Part shown: piece after piece, positions 1 to 10,371 of the stretch
Position numbering within the stretch: the stretch's first letter is position 1
Layout of the letters: each line of letters begins with the position of its first letter
NCBI RefSeq assembly: GCF_045037415.1
Contig: NZ_CP173438.1
Source of the DNA: Escherichia coli
GTDB taxonomy: Bacteria; Pseudomonadota; Gammaproteobacteria; Enterobacterales; Enterobacteriaceae
DNA: 64,000 bases
Reading direction: 5' to 3' (one strand)
The notes under the pieces: model-generated
What the model was told of the DNA's origin: nothing
The model's input: only the letters and a program-made list of their open reading frames with translations
Databases searched by the model: none
Made by a program: the position numbers and the translations under genes

Positions 1-123
1 GAAATGAAACTGATGCGCAATCCGGGGTGTGAGGTGTGCGGGCAGTAACTGCCACCTCCAGGCCAGATAAGACGCGGCACTCCGCCACGTCATCAGCAAT
101 TTATGAGGATGCAGAACGTCCGG

Positions 124-786
124 TTAAATCGACGTTCTGCCAAACGCTCCCTGCCAGTCCTGCTCAAACTTCGCCACAGCGGCATCAACCGCCGGATAGC
201 TAATCATCTGTTGTGCCACATCCAGTGGCAGAGTAATTGATTCACACCCTGCCAGTAAGCAGTCCAGCGCCTGACGCGGGGTTTTGAAACTCGCGGCTAA
301 CACTTTCGCCTGCGGCGCATGCATTTTCAATAACTGGTGTAAGTCGGTCACAGTCTGAATACCGCTACCGCCCTGAGCATCAATACGATTAACGTAAGGC
401 GCAACATATTCCGCACCTGCCAGCGCCGACAGTAGCCCTTGTGCTGCGCCATATACCGCGGTTCCCAGCGTCGGAATCCCTTCCGCTTTTAACATCTTAA
501 TAGCTGCCAGCCCCTCTGCGGTCACCGGAACTTTCACCACGATATCCGCAATAATAGAACGCAATTTACGTGCGTCATTCACCATCCCTTCAGCAGTGGT
601 AGCCATTACCTGGGCAAACAGACGCCCCTGACCGCCCATCGCCTCGTGAAGTTGCGGAAGCACAACCTCCAGCGGTTTTTTACCCACTGCGATAATGCTT
701 GGGTTAGTGGTTACACCCGCCAGCGGAAAAATACGTGACAGCGCCTTCACCGCAACAACGTCTGAAGTATCCAGATACAGTTCCAT
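124..786 (-). CDS. fsaA: fructose-6-phosphate aldolase 1
   Basis: 220-aa product starting at internal Met (MELYLDTSD...) of the 267-aa ORF; transaldolase-like TIM-barrel sequence; matches recalled FsaA. Confidence 0.9.
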   Translation of the reverse strand: MELYLDTSDVVAVKALSRIFPLAGVTTNPSIIAVGKKPLEVVLPQLHEAMGGQGRLFAQVMATTAEGMVNDARKLRSIIADIVVKVPVTAEGLAAIKMLKAEGIPTLGTAVYGAAQGLLSALAGAEYVAPYVNRIDAQGGSGIQTVTDLHQLLKMHAPQAKVLAASFKTPRQALDCLLAGCESITLPLDVAQQMISYPAVDAAVAKFEQDWQGAFGRTSI

Positions 787-849
787 AACCATCCTCAAAA
801 TGTACTTTTTGTCTGAATGTAGACTATCACGGGAAAACTCTCTGAACAG

Positions 850-863
850 TTGACGCACATCAA
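850..863. promoter_or_regulatory. candidate FNR site in the fsaA/ybiY divergent promoter
   Basis: TTGAC-gcac-ATCAA, one mismatch from FNR consensus TTGAT-N4-ATCAA; centred about 60 nt upstream of the ybiY ATG. Confidence 0.4.
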
Positions 864-916
864 TCCAACTTTCATTCGAAAGTATTTTAATGTTTGAACG
901 AAACAGAGAGGCAACT

Positions 917-1816
917 ATGATTTTCAATATTCAACGCTACTCGACCCATGATGGCCCCGGTATCCGCACGGTCGTATTTCTTAAAGGCTGTTCGCTGGGC
1001 TGCCGCTGGTGTCAGAACCCGGAAAGCCGCGCCCGCACGCAGGATCTGCTGTATGACCCACGACTCTGTCTGGAAGGCTGTGAGCTGTGCGCTAAGACCG
1101 CACCGGAAGTGATTGAGCGCGCGTTGAATGGTTTGCTTATTCATCGGGAAAAGTTAACCCCGGAGCATTTTACGGCGCTAACCGACTGCTGCCCGACACA
1201 GGCGTTAACCGTGTGTGGTGAAGTGAAAAGCGTTGAGGAGATCATGGCAACCGTTTTGCGCGATAAACCGTTTTACGATCGCAGCGGCGGCGGCTTAACA
1301 CTTTCTGGCGGAGAACCCTTTATGCAGCCGGAAATGGCGACAGCGCTACTGCAAGCCAGCCACGAAGCCGGTATTCATACTGCGGTAGAAACCTGTCTGC
1401 ATGTGCCGTGGAAATATATCGCCCCTTCTCTGTCCTATATTGATCTGTTTCTTGCCGATTTAAAACACGTTGCCGACGCGCCGTTTAAACAGTGGACCGA
1501 CGGTAACGCCGCCAGGGTGCTGGATAATCTGAAAAAACTCGCCGCAGCGGGCAAAAAAATCATTATCCGCGTGCCACTGATTCAGGGCTTTAATGCCGAC
1601 GAAACCTCTGTGAAAGCCATTACCGATTTTGCCGCCGACGAGCTGCACGTTAGCGAAATTCATTTCCTGCCCTACCACACGCTGGGCATCAACAAATATC
1701 ACTTACTTAATCTGCCCTATGACGCCCCGGAAAAACCGCTTGATGCGCCAGAACTGCTCGACTTTGCCCAGCAGTATGCCTGCCAGAAAGGGTTAACCGC
1801 GACCTTACGAGGATAA
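917..1816 (+). CDS. ybiY: glycyl-radical enzyme activating protein (PflE-like radical SAM activase)
   Basis: radical-SAM CxxxCxxC motif ([11 protein letters not shown]) plus an extra Cys-rich ferredoxin-like segment (CLEGCELC...[11 protein letters not shown]); start at 917 preferred over 890 because of the agagagg RBS. Confidence 0.88.
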   Translation: MIFNIQRYSTHDGPGIRTVVFLKGCSLGCRWCQNPESRARTQDLLYDPRLCLEGCELCAKTAPEVIERALNGLLIHREKLTPEHFTALTDCCPTQALTVCGEVKSVEEIMATVLRDKPFYDRSGGGLTLSGGEPFMQPEMATALLQASHEAGIHTAVETCLHVPWKYIAPSLSYIDLFLADLKHVADAPFKQWTDGNAARVLDNLKKLAAAGKKIIIRVPLIQGFNADETSVKAITDFAADELHVSEIHFLPYHTLGINKYHLLNLPYDAPEKPLDAPELLDFAQQYACQKGLTATLRG

Positions 1817-1821
1817 CAACC

Positions 1822-4254
1822 ATGACCACACTGAAACTGGACACGCTCAGCGATCGCATTAAAGCGCACAAAAATGCGCTGGTGCATATTGTGAAACCGC
1901 CGGTCTGTACCGAGCGCGCGCAGCACTATACCGAGATGTATCAACAACATCTCGATAAGCCGATCCCGGTACGTCGCGCGCTGGCACTGGCGCATCACCT
2001 GGCGAATCGCACCATCTGGATCAAACATGATGAATTGATCATTGGCAACCAGGCAAGCGAAGTTCGCGCCGCGCCGATCTTCCCGGAATATACCGTCTCC
2101 TGGATCGAAAAAGAGATTGATGATCTGGCAGATCGTCCCGGTGCTGGTTTTGCGGTGAGTGAAGAGAACAAACGCGTTCTGCATGAAGTGTGCCCGTGGT
2201 GGCGCGGTCAGACCGTACAGGATCGCTGCTACGGCATGTTTACCGATGAGCAAAAAGGTCTGCTGGCGACCGGCATCATTAAAGCGGAGGGCAATATGAC
2301 CTCCGGCGATGCGCACCTGGCGGTCAATTTCCCGCTACTGCTGGAAAAAGGTCTTGATGGTCTGCGTGAGAAAGTGGCGGAACGTCGCTCGCGCATCAAT
2401 CTGACGGTTCTGGAAGATCTGCACGGCGAGCAATTCCTGAAAGCGATTGATATCGTGCTGGTGGCAGTCAGTGAACACATTGAACGTTTCGCTGCCCTGG
2501 CGCGTGAAATGGCCGCGACCGAAACCCGCGAAAGCCGTCGCGATGAACTGCTGACGATAGCAGAAAACTGCGATCTTATCGCCCACCAGCCGCCGCAGAC
2601 TTTCTGGCAGGCGCTGCAACTGTGTTACTTCATCCAGTTGATTTTGCAGATTGAATCTAACGGTCACTCGGTATCGTTTGGTCGTATGGACCAGTATCTC
2701 TATCCATACTATCGCCGTGACGTTGAACTGAACCAGACACTGGATCGCGAACACGCCATCGAGATGCTGCATAGCTGCTGGTTGAAATTGCTGGAAGTGA
2801 ACAAAATCCGCTCCGGCTCACACTCAAAAGCCTCTGCGGGAAGTCCGCTGTATCAGAACGTCACCATTGGCGGGCAAAATCTGGTTGATGGTCAACCGAT
2901 GGACGCGGTAAATCCACTCTCTTATGCGATCCTCGAATCTTGCGGTCGCCTGCGTTCGACTCAGCCTAACCTCAGCGTGCGTTACCATGCGGGTATGAGT
3001 AACGATTTCCTCGACGCCTGTGTTCAGGTGATCCGCTGCGGCTTCGGGATGCCGGCGTTCAACAACGACGAAATCGTCATCCCGGAATTTATTAAACTCG
3101 GTATTGAACCGCAGGACGCTTACGACTACGCAGCAATTGGTTGTATCGAAACCGCCGTCGGTGGCAAATGGGGCTATCGCTGTACCGGCATGAGCTTTAT
3201 CAACTTCGCCCGCGTGATGCTGGCGGCGCTGGAAGGCGGTCGTGATGCCACCAGCGGCAAAGTGTTCCTGCCACAAGAAAAAGCGTTGTCAGCGGGTAAC
3301 TTCAACAACTTCGATGAAGTAATGGACGCATGGGATACGCAAATCCGTTACTACACGCGTAAATCAATCGAAATCGAATATGTCGTCGACACCATGCTGG
3401 AAGAGAACGTACACGATATTCTCTGCTCGGCGCTGGTCGATGACTGTATTGAGCGAGCGAAAAGTATTAAGCAAGGCGGCGCGAAATATGACTGGGTTTC
3501 TGGCCTGCAGGTCGGCATTGCTAACCTCGGCAACAGCCTGGCGGCAGTGAAGAAACTGGTATTTGAACAGGGCGCGATTGGTCAGCAACAGCTGGCTGCC
3601 GCACTGGCGGATGACTTCGACGGTCTGACTCACGAGCAGCTGCGTCAGCGGCTGATTAACGGTGCGCCTAAGTACGGCAACGACGATGATACTGTCGATA
3701 CGCTGCTGGCTCGCGCTTATCAGACCTATATCGACGAACTAAAACAGTACCATAACCCACGCTACGGTCGTGGTCCGGTTGGCGGCAACTATTACGCGGG
3801 TACGTCGTCTATCTCCGCTAACGTACCCTTTGGCGCGCAGACTATGGCAACACCGGACGGGCGTAAAGCGCATACCCCGCTGGCAGAAGGCGCTAGTCCG
3901 GCCTCCGGTACTGACCATCTCGGCCCAACGGCGGTCATTGGCTCAGTAGGTAAACTGCCTACGGCCGCGATTCTCGGCGGCGTGCTGCTCAACCAGAAAC
4001 TGAATCCAGCAACGCTGGAGAACGAATCTGACAAGCAGAAACTGATGATCCTGCTGCGCACCTTCTTTGAAGTGCATAAAGGCTGGCATATTCAGTACAA
4101 CATCGTTTCCCGCGAGACGCTGCTGGAGGCGAAAAAACATCCGGATCAGTATCGCGATCTGGTAGTGCGCGTCGCGGGCTATTCCGCCTTCTTCACCGCG
4201 CTCTCTCCAGACGCTCAGGACGATATCATCGCCCGTACTGAACATATGCTGTAA
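1822..4254 (+). CDS. ybiW: glycyl radical enzyme, PFL-like (PflF), substrate unknown
   Basis: 810 aa; C-terminal glycine-radical motif RVAGYSAFF; single active-site Cys in GCIET; immediately downstream of its activase. Confidence 0.92.
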   Translation: MTTLKLDTLSDRIKAHKNALVHIVKPPVCTERAQHYTEMYQQHLDKPIPVRRALALAHHLANRTIWIKHDELIIGNQASEVRAAPIFPEYTVSWIEKEIDDLADRPGAGFAVSEENKRVLHEVCPWWRGQTVQDRCYGMFTDEQKGLLATGIIKAEGNMTSGDAHLAVNFPLLLEKGLDGLREKVAERRSRINLTVLEDLHGEQFLKAIDIVLVAVSEHIERFAALAREMAATETRESRRDELLTIAENCDLIAHQPPQTFWQALQLCYFIQLILQIESNGHSVSFGRMDQYLYPYYRRDVELNQTLDREHAIEMLHSCWLKLLEVNKIRSGSHSKASAGSPLYQNVTIGGQNLVDGQPMDAVNPLSYAILESCGRLRSTQPNLSVRYHAGMSNDFLDACVQVIRCGFGMPAFNNDEIVIPEFIKLGIEPQDAYDYAAIGCIETAVGGKWGYRCTGMSFINFARVMLAALEGGRDATSGKVFLPQEKALSAGNFNNFDEVMDAWDTQIRYYTRKSIEIEYVVDTMLEENVHDILCSALVDDCIERAKSIKQGGAKYDWVSGLQVGIANLGNSLAAVKKLVFEQGAIGQQQLAAALADDFDGLTHEQLRQRLINGAPKYGNDDDTVDTLLARAYQTYIDELKQYHNPRYGRGPVGGNYYAGTSSISANVPFGAQTMATPDGRKAHTPLAEGASPASGTDHLGPTAVIGSVGKLPTAAILGGVLLNQKLNPATLENESDKQKLMILLRTFFEVHKGWHIQYNIVSRETLLEAKKHPDQYRDLVVRVAGYSAFFTALSPDAQDDIIARTEHML

Positions 4255-4399
4255 TCTTCTCAGCCCGGCGGCGGCGTCGCCGGGCTAAATCATTCACATC
4301 ATCAATTTCAGCCTCGCTTTCATTCGAAATATAATTTGTGCTCTGCGTCACATTGTTATTACACTGTTACGGTTTCATTTTCGAGCCAGGAGCACACCT

Positions 4400-5215
4400 A
4401 TGAGCGTAAAAGTTATCGTCACAGACATGGACGGTACTTTTCTTAACGACGCCAAAACGTACAACCAACCACGTTTTATGGCGCAATATCAGGAACTGAA
4501 AAAGCGCGGCATTGAGTTCGTTGTCGCCAGCGGTAATCAGTATTACCAGCTTATTTCGTTCTTTCCTGAGCTAAAGGATGAGATCTCTTTTGTCGCGGAA
4601 AACGGCGCACTGGTTTACGAACATGGCAAGCAGTTGTTCCACGGCGAACTGACCCGACATGAATCGCGGATTGTTATTGGCGAGTTGCTAAAAGATAAGC
4701 AACTCAATTTTGTCGCCTGCGGTCTGCAAAGTGCATATGTCAGCGAAAATGCCCCCGAAGCATTCGTCGCACTGATGGCAAAACACTACCATCGCCTGAA
4801 ACCTGTAAAAGATTATCAGGAGATTGACGACGTACTGTTCAAGTTTTCGCTCAACCTGCCGGATGAACAAATCCCGTTAGTGATCGACAAACTGCACATA
4901 ACGCTGGATGGCATTATGAAACCCGTCACCAGTGGTTTTGGCTTTATCGACTTGATTATTCCCGGTCTACATAAAGCAAACGGTATTTCGCGGTTACTGA
5001 AACGCTGGGATCTGTCACCGCAAAATGTGGTAGCGATTGGCGACAGCGGTAACGATGCGGAGATGCTGAAAATGGCGCGTTATTCCTTTGCGATGAGCAA
5101 TGCTGCGGAAAACATTAAACAAATCGCCCGTTACGCTACCGATGATAATAATCATGAAGGCGCGCTGAATGTGATTCAGGCGGTGCTGGAAAATAAACCG
5201 CCGTTTAATCTTTGA
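4400..5215 (+). CDS. ybiV: HAD-family sugar phosphatase
   Basis: 271 aa; N-terminal DxDGT motif ([11 protein letters not shown]); Cof-type HAD. Confidence 0.9.
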   Translation: MSVKVIVTDMDGTFLNDAKTYNQPRFMAQYQELKKRGIEFVVASGNQYYQLISFFPELKDEISFVAENGALVYEHGKQLFHGELTRHESRIVIGELLKDKQLNFVACGLQSAYVSENAPEAFVALMAKHYHRLKPVKDYQEIDDVLFKFSLNLPDEQIPLVIDKLHITLDGIMKPVTSGFGFIDLIIPGLHKANGISRLLKRWDLSPQNVVAIGDSGNDAEMLKMARYSFAMSNAAENIKQIARYATDDNNHEGALNVIQAVLENKPPFNL

Positions 5216-5257
5216 TTATCACCAATTCAGTTTATTGAGAAAGTGCATGTCATTATA

Positions 5258-5405
5258 CCGGATACGGCGTGACCGCCTTATTTGGCATACAAAATCATGA
5301 AAATTCAATATATTGCGATACACTACCAGGCCTGATAAGCGTAGCGCACCAGGCAATCTTGCGTTTGTCATCAGTTTCAGTAGCCCTGACCATATCAGGG
5401 CTACT
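5258..5405. repeat. REP/BIME-type composite extragenic palindrome (copy A)
   Basis: REP-like palindromes (gccggatacggcg...cgccttat; aggcctgataagcgtagcgcaccaggca) around a shared core caatatattgc...ttgtcatcagt; homologous to 30051-30194. Confidence 0.7.
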
Positions 5406-5414
5406 GATAATAAC

Positions 5415-7007
5415 TTACTCGATCCCTTTACTACGCAGGTAATCTTCGTAATTACCGCTAAAGTCGATCACGCGTTCCGGGGTGATTTCCAGAATACGGG
5501 TCGCCAGGGAGCTTACAAACTCACGGTCGTGAGAAACAAAGATCAGCGTGCCCTGATACAGTTCCAGCGCCATGTTCAGCGACTCAATGGATTCCATATC
5601 CAGGTGGTTGGTCGGTTCGTCCATGATCAGAATGTTCGGCTTCTGCATCATTAACTTACCAAACAGCATCCGCCCTTTTTCCCCACCGGAAAGCACTTTA
5701 GCTGGCTTTTTGATGTCGTCCTGGCTGAACAGCAAACGACCGAGAATACTGCGCACCGCCTGCTCGTCATCGCCTTCCTGCTTCCACTGACTCATCCATT
5801 CGAACACGGTCAGATCATTTTCAAACTCATATTCGTGGTCCTGAGCGTAGTAACCAATGCGCGCGTTTTCAGACCATTTTACGGTGCCGCTGTCCGGTTG
5901 CAGATCGCCCACCAGCGTTTTCAGCAGCGTTGATTTACCGACGCCGTTGGTACCCAGTACCGCCAGTTTTTCACCCACTTCCAGCAGCAGGTTGAGATTT
6001 TTAAACAGTGGACCGTTATCAAACCCTTTAGTCAGACCTTCCACTTCTAGCGCGTTACGGAACAGTTTCTTATCCTGTTCAAAACGGATGAACGGGTTCT
6101 GACGGCTGGAAGCTTTCACCTCTTCCAGTTTGATTTTATCAATCTGGCGCGCGCGCGAAGTTGCCTGGCGAGATTTCGAGGCGTTGGCGCTAAAGCGGCT
6201 AACGAAAGATTGCAACTCAGCAATCTGCGCTTTCTTCTTCGCGTTATCAGCCAGCAGACGTTCACGCGCCTGAGTCGCCGCCGTCATGTACTCATCGTAG
6301 TTGCCCGGATAAACGCGCAGCTCGCCGTAATCCAGATCCGCCATGTGGGTACAAACCATGTTAAGGAAGTGACGGTCGTGCGAGATGATGATCATGGTGC
6401 TGTCACGCTCGTTCAGCACCTGTTCCAGCCAGCGAATGGTGTCGATATCGAGGTTGTTGGTCGGTTCGTCGAGCAGGAGAATGTCGGGATCAGCAAACAG
6501 CGCCTGAGCCAGCAGCACACGCAGCTTCCAGCCAGGAGCAACTTCACTCATCGGGCCGTAGTGCTGTTCCACTGGAATTCCCACGCCAAGCAACAGTTCA
6601 CCAGCGCGAGCTTCCGCAGAGTAACCGTCCATTTCGCCGTATTTCACTTCCAGATCGGCCACTTTATAGCCGTCTTCTTCACTCATTTCCGGCAAAGCAT
6701 AGATGCGGTCACGCTCCTGCTTCACTTCCCACAACTCTTTATGCCCCATGATCACCGTATCCAGCACAGTGAACTCTTCAAAGGCAAACTGATCCTGACG
6801 CAGCTTACCAATGCGTTCGTTGGGATCGAGGGAAACGTTACCCAACGTCGGCTCTAAGTCGCCGCCGAGGATCTTCATAAAGGTGGATTTACCACTACCG
6901 TTCGCGCCAATCAGGCCGTAACGGTTGCCGCCGCCGAATTTGACGGAAATGTTTTCAAACAACGGCTTACTGCCGAACTGCATGGTGACGTTACTGGAAA
7001 CTAACAC
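5415..7007 (-). CDS. ybiT: ABC-F family ATPase (tandem ABC domains, no permease)
   Basis: 530 aa; two Walker A motifs GANGSGKST and GTNGVGKST. Confidence 0.92.
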
Positions 7008-7225
7008 AGGCGTATCCTGAAAAGAGATATGACAAACCGCGCATTATGCCATAAGTCTGAAAGAAGATCCTGCTCCTCGCTTAAGGTCTACACTCAAGCC
7101 AAAGGCAAAAAATGTGATTTCGTACACATCTGATTTCACTGTGAGCTGGAATGAACTTATAATGCGCTTCCAGTACTCTAATATTCTCAACCCAATGGCC
7201 TGCCAGGCACAAAATCTCGCTTAAC

Positions 7226-8146
7226 ATGAATATGAAATTGAAAACATTATTCGCAGCGGCCTTCGCTGTTGTCGGCTTTTGCAGTACCGCCTCTGCGGTA
7301 ACTTATCCTCTGCCAACCGACGGGAGTCGCCTGGTTGGTCAGAATCAGGTGATCACCATTCCTGAAGGTAACACTCAGCCGCTGGAGTATTTTGCCGCCG
7401 AGTACCAGATGGGACTTTCCAATATGATGGAAGCGAACCCGGGTGTGGATACCTTCCTGCCGAAAGGCGGTACTGTACTGAACATTCCGCAGCAGCTGAT
7501 CCTGCCGGATACCGTTCATGAAGGCATCGTCATTAACAGTGCAGAGATGCGTCTGTATTACTATCCGAAAGGGACCAACACCGTTATCGTGCTGCCGATC
7601 GGCATTGGTCAGTTAGGCAAAGACACGCCTATCAACTGGACCACCAAAGTTGAGCGTAAAAAAGCAGGCCCGACCTGGACGCCGACCGCTAAAATGCACG
7701 CAGAGTACCGCGCTGCGGGCGAACCGCTTCCGGCGGTCGTTCCGGCTGGTCCGGATAACCCGATGGGGCTGTATGCACTCTACATCGGTCGCCTGTACGC
7801 TATCCATGGCACCAACGCCAACTTCGGTATCGGCCTGCGTGTAAGTCATGGTTGTGTGCGTCTGCGTAACGAAGACATCAAATTCCTGTTCGAGAAAGTA
7901 CCGGTCGGTACCCGCGTACAGTTTATTGATGAGCCGGTAAAAGCGACCACCGAGCCAGACGGCAGCCGTTATATTGAAGTCCATAACCCGCTGTCTACCA
8001 CCGAAGCCCAGTTTGAAGGTCAGGAAATTGTGCCAATTACCCTGACGAAGAGCGTGCAGACAGTGACCGGTCAGCCAGATGTTGACCAGGTTGTTCTGGA
8101 TGAAGCGATCAAAAATCGTTCCGGGATGCCGGTTCGTCTGAATTAA
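7226..8146 (+). CDS. ldtB: L,D-transpeptidase (Lpp-to-peptidoglycan linkage)
   Basis: 306 aa; signal peptide; YkuD catalytic motif SHGCVRL. Confidence 0.92.
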
Positions 8147-8163
8147 TCTTCAAAACGTAAAGC

Positions 8164-8190
8164 AAAGGCGGACTCATAATCCGCCTTTTT
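8164..8190. terminator. bidirectional rho-independent terminator between ldtB and ybiR
   Basis: hairpin aaaggcggactcataatccgcc followed by T-run; A-run on the other side. Confidence 0.7.
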
Positions 8191-8203
8191 AATTTGACAG
8201 ACC

Positions 8204-9322
8204 TTATCCCGCCGGGATCATAACCAACAAAACATATCCCACCAGCGCCGCCCACAACAGCATCGGTATCGAATAAAGATGAAAACGCCACCAGATACGG
8301 CGATCGTTCGCCATCCGTAACGCAATCAAATTTGCCAGCGATCCGGGTAATAAACCAAAGCCACCTACGTTTACCGCCCATGCCAGTAATAAAGACGGTG
8401 GCACATAATTGAGCAGCAAAATGGTACTCGGCACGTTACTGATCACCTGCGATAAACCGATCGCCGTTAGCCATAATCCGGGTTCGGATAAATGACTCAC
8501 GTTACTTAACACCCCCTGCAAAACTGGCAGTTGGGTTAGTAAATGGACGTCGATAAACATCGCCATAAACACCAGCAGCAGCGTCCAGTCCACACTGAGC
8601 ACCACGCGACGCGCCAGCAGCGCAAAGCCCGCCGCCACAATCACCAGTCCCCACAGCTCTTGTTTTAACTCCAGCGCCGTCAGAAAGACGATATACAGCC
8701 CCAGACAACTCCACACCAGCCGCGGTTTCCACTCCGGCGTTTGCCCTCCTGTATGGTACTGCAGCGCCTTTCCAGGGAAACAACACCAGCACAACAGCAG
8801 GAGTGTCAGCATCATTGCGCCAGCCAGCGGTGCCATTTGGGCAATAAATCCGGCAAACGAAAGACCAGAACGTCCCCAGATAAGAATATTTTGCGGGTTG
8901 CCAATTGGCGTCAGTAGCGAACCAGCATTGACTGCCAGCGCCTCAAAAATAATCAGCCGATTAACCGGGATCTCACACAGTCTTTTTAGCGTGATAGTCA
9001 GCGGAACAACTATAAACAGCGCGACATCGTTGGTCAGAAAGGTAGAAAGCAGCGCCGCCGCCAGTACCATAAACATCGCCAGCCGACGCTCCGTAGCAAA
9101 ACGGCGCACCATTTTGCGCCCCAGCACATCAAAATAACCGCTTAACTCGACACCTTTAGTCAGCAGCATCAGGCCGCTTAAGGTGATGATGGTGTGCCAG
9201 TCGATAGCAGCAGGCCAGGATTTCGGTGCAAAGGGAACGAAAAAACTTAATCCGATGCCAACAAGAATTAATAACTGAAAAAAACGATCGCCTTGCAGCG
9301 TGCGTAAAAAAGGCAGGCTCAT
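8204..9322 (-). CDS. ybiR: inner-membrane transporter (ArsB/NhaD-like permease)
   Basis: 372 aa multi-pass hydrophobic protein; start overlaps the mntR stop (ATGA), so co-transcribed with mntR. Confidence 0.88.
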
Positions 9323-9786
9323 TTGGCACCGTGTTTCTGGGTAAACAAACGAAAGGCATCCAGCGTCTCTTCACTAACATGGTGCTCCATACCTTCCGCG
9401 TCGCGACGGGCGATTTCCGGACTGACGCCCAACACCAACAAGAAATTTTCGACTATCTGATGTCGCTCGCGGCTTTCCTGCGCCAGCTTCTCTCCTTCTG
9501 CCGTTAAAAACACGCCACGCCAGGGGATCATTTCAATCAGCCCCATGGTTGCCAGTCGCTTAAGCATTTTAGCCACCGTCGGTTGCGAAACCCCCAGACG
9601 AGCAGCCATGTCTACCTGACGAGCTTCCCCCACTTCCCTGATCAAGTCAGAAATCAGCTCAACATAATCATCAATAAGCTCGCGCCGATGCGCCTCTCTG
9701 ACCTGGCGGAACCCTTCAACGTGCTCTTCCACGTTCACTAACTGCGTCACTTTTTTTGCTGTTGGCGTACCTGCGCGACGACTCAT
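9319..9786 (-). CDS. mntR: manganese-responsive transcriptional regulator (DtxR family)
   Basis: 155 aa; DtxR-type HTH ([13 protein letters not shown]); matches recalled MntR. Confidence 0.92.
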
Positions 9787-9876
9787 TATGCTTCCTCATT
9801 ATGGTGACGCATACATAGCGTTCTCATTTCGTGCGCACATTGTAAACCAGAGTTGCGAAGGTACAAAAAATTAACG

Positions 9877-9913
9877 TTTTAGCAATAGCTATATAATATA
9901 GCCTGTGCTATAT
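9877..9913. promoter_or_regulatory. two candidate MntR operators in the mntS promoter
   Basis: perfect inverted repeat ATATAGC-ctgt-GCTATAT at 9896-9913 and an imperfect copy TTTTAGC-aata-GCTATAT at 9877-9894; resembles the recalled mntH MntR box CATAGC-N4-GCTATG. Confidence 0.6.
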
Positions 9914-9971
9914 CTGTATGTAATGCAATCATCCCTCAAGGATCGATGGGATTAGCAAGTCAGGAGGTCTT

Positions 9972-10100
9972 ATGAATGAGTTCAAGAGGTGTATGCGCGT
10001 GTTTAGTCATTCTCCCTTTAAAGTACGGTTAATGCTGCTCTCTATGTTGTGCGATATGGTCAACAACAAACCGCAGCAGGATAAACCTTCCGATAAATAG
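9972..10100 (+). CDS. mntS: small protein MntS (42 aa), manganese homeostasis
   Basis: ORF MNEFKRCMRVFSHSPFKVRLMLLSMLCDMVNNKPQQDKPSDK with AGGAGG RBS 6 nt upstream; below the ORF-track cutoff; matches recalled MntS; followed by a GC hairpin. Confidence 0.8.
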   Translation: MNEFKRCMRVFSHSPFKVRLMLLSMLCDMVNNKPQQDKPSDK

Positions 10101-10371
10101 CGGCGTCGCGGTACGCCGCTTCACTCCTGCTTTTATGCAGGCACAACGCGTTTTGGTCTGAAAAACCCCACTTTTTGTCGGATTTGCAATCCCCTTCGCA
10201 AAAGATTTGTTCGTCGGTAGTTGACCTGAACAGCAGCTCGCTCTATCTTCTTGCAGCCCTGCGTATATTGCGGCTCGCGGATGCGGACCCCTTTCCCCTC
10301 TTCACGCACTCTTGCAGGTATTGACCCTTGACGCCAGGGTAAGCACATGGCGTTTGTTACGATAGTGGCAT

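Noticed and set aside
890-916. Upstream ATG at 890 as the ybiY start (308-aa ORF)
   Set aside because: The ATG at 917 has a well-spaced RBS (agagagg) and gives the expected 299-aa product; the extra 9 residues are probably not translated.
1717-2316. 199-aa ORF antisense to ybiW
   Set aside because: Embedded in the GRE coding region; antisense frame artefact.
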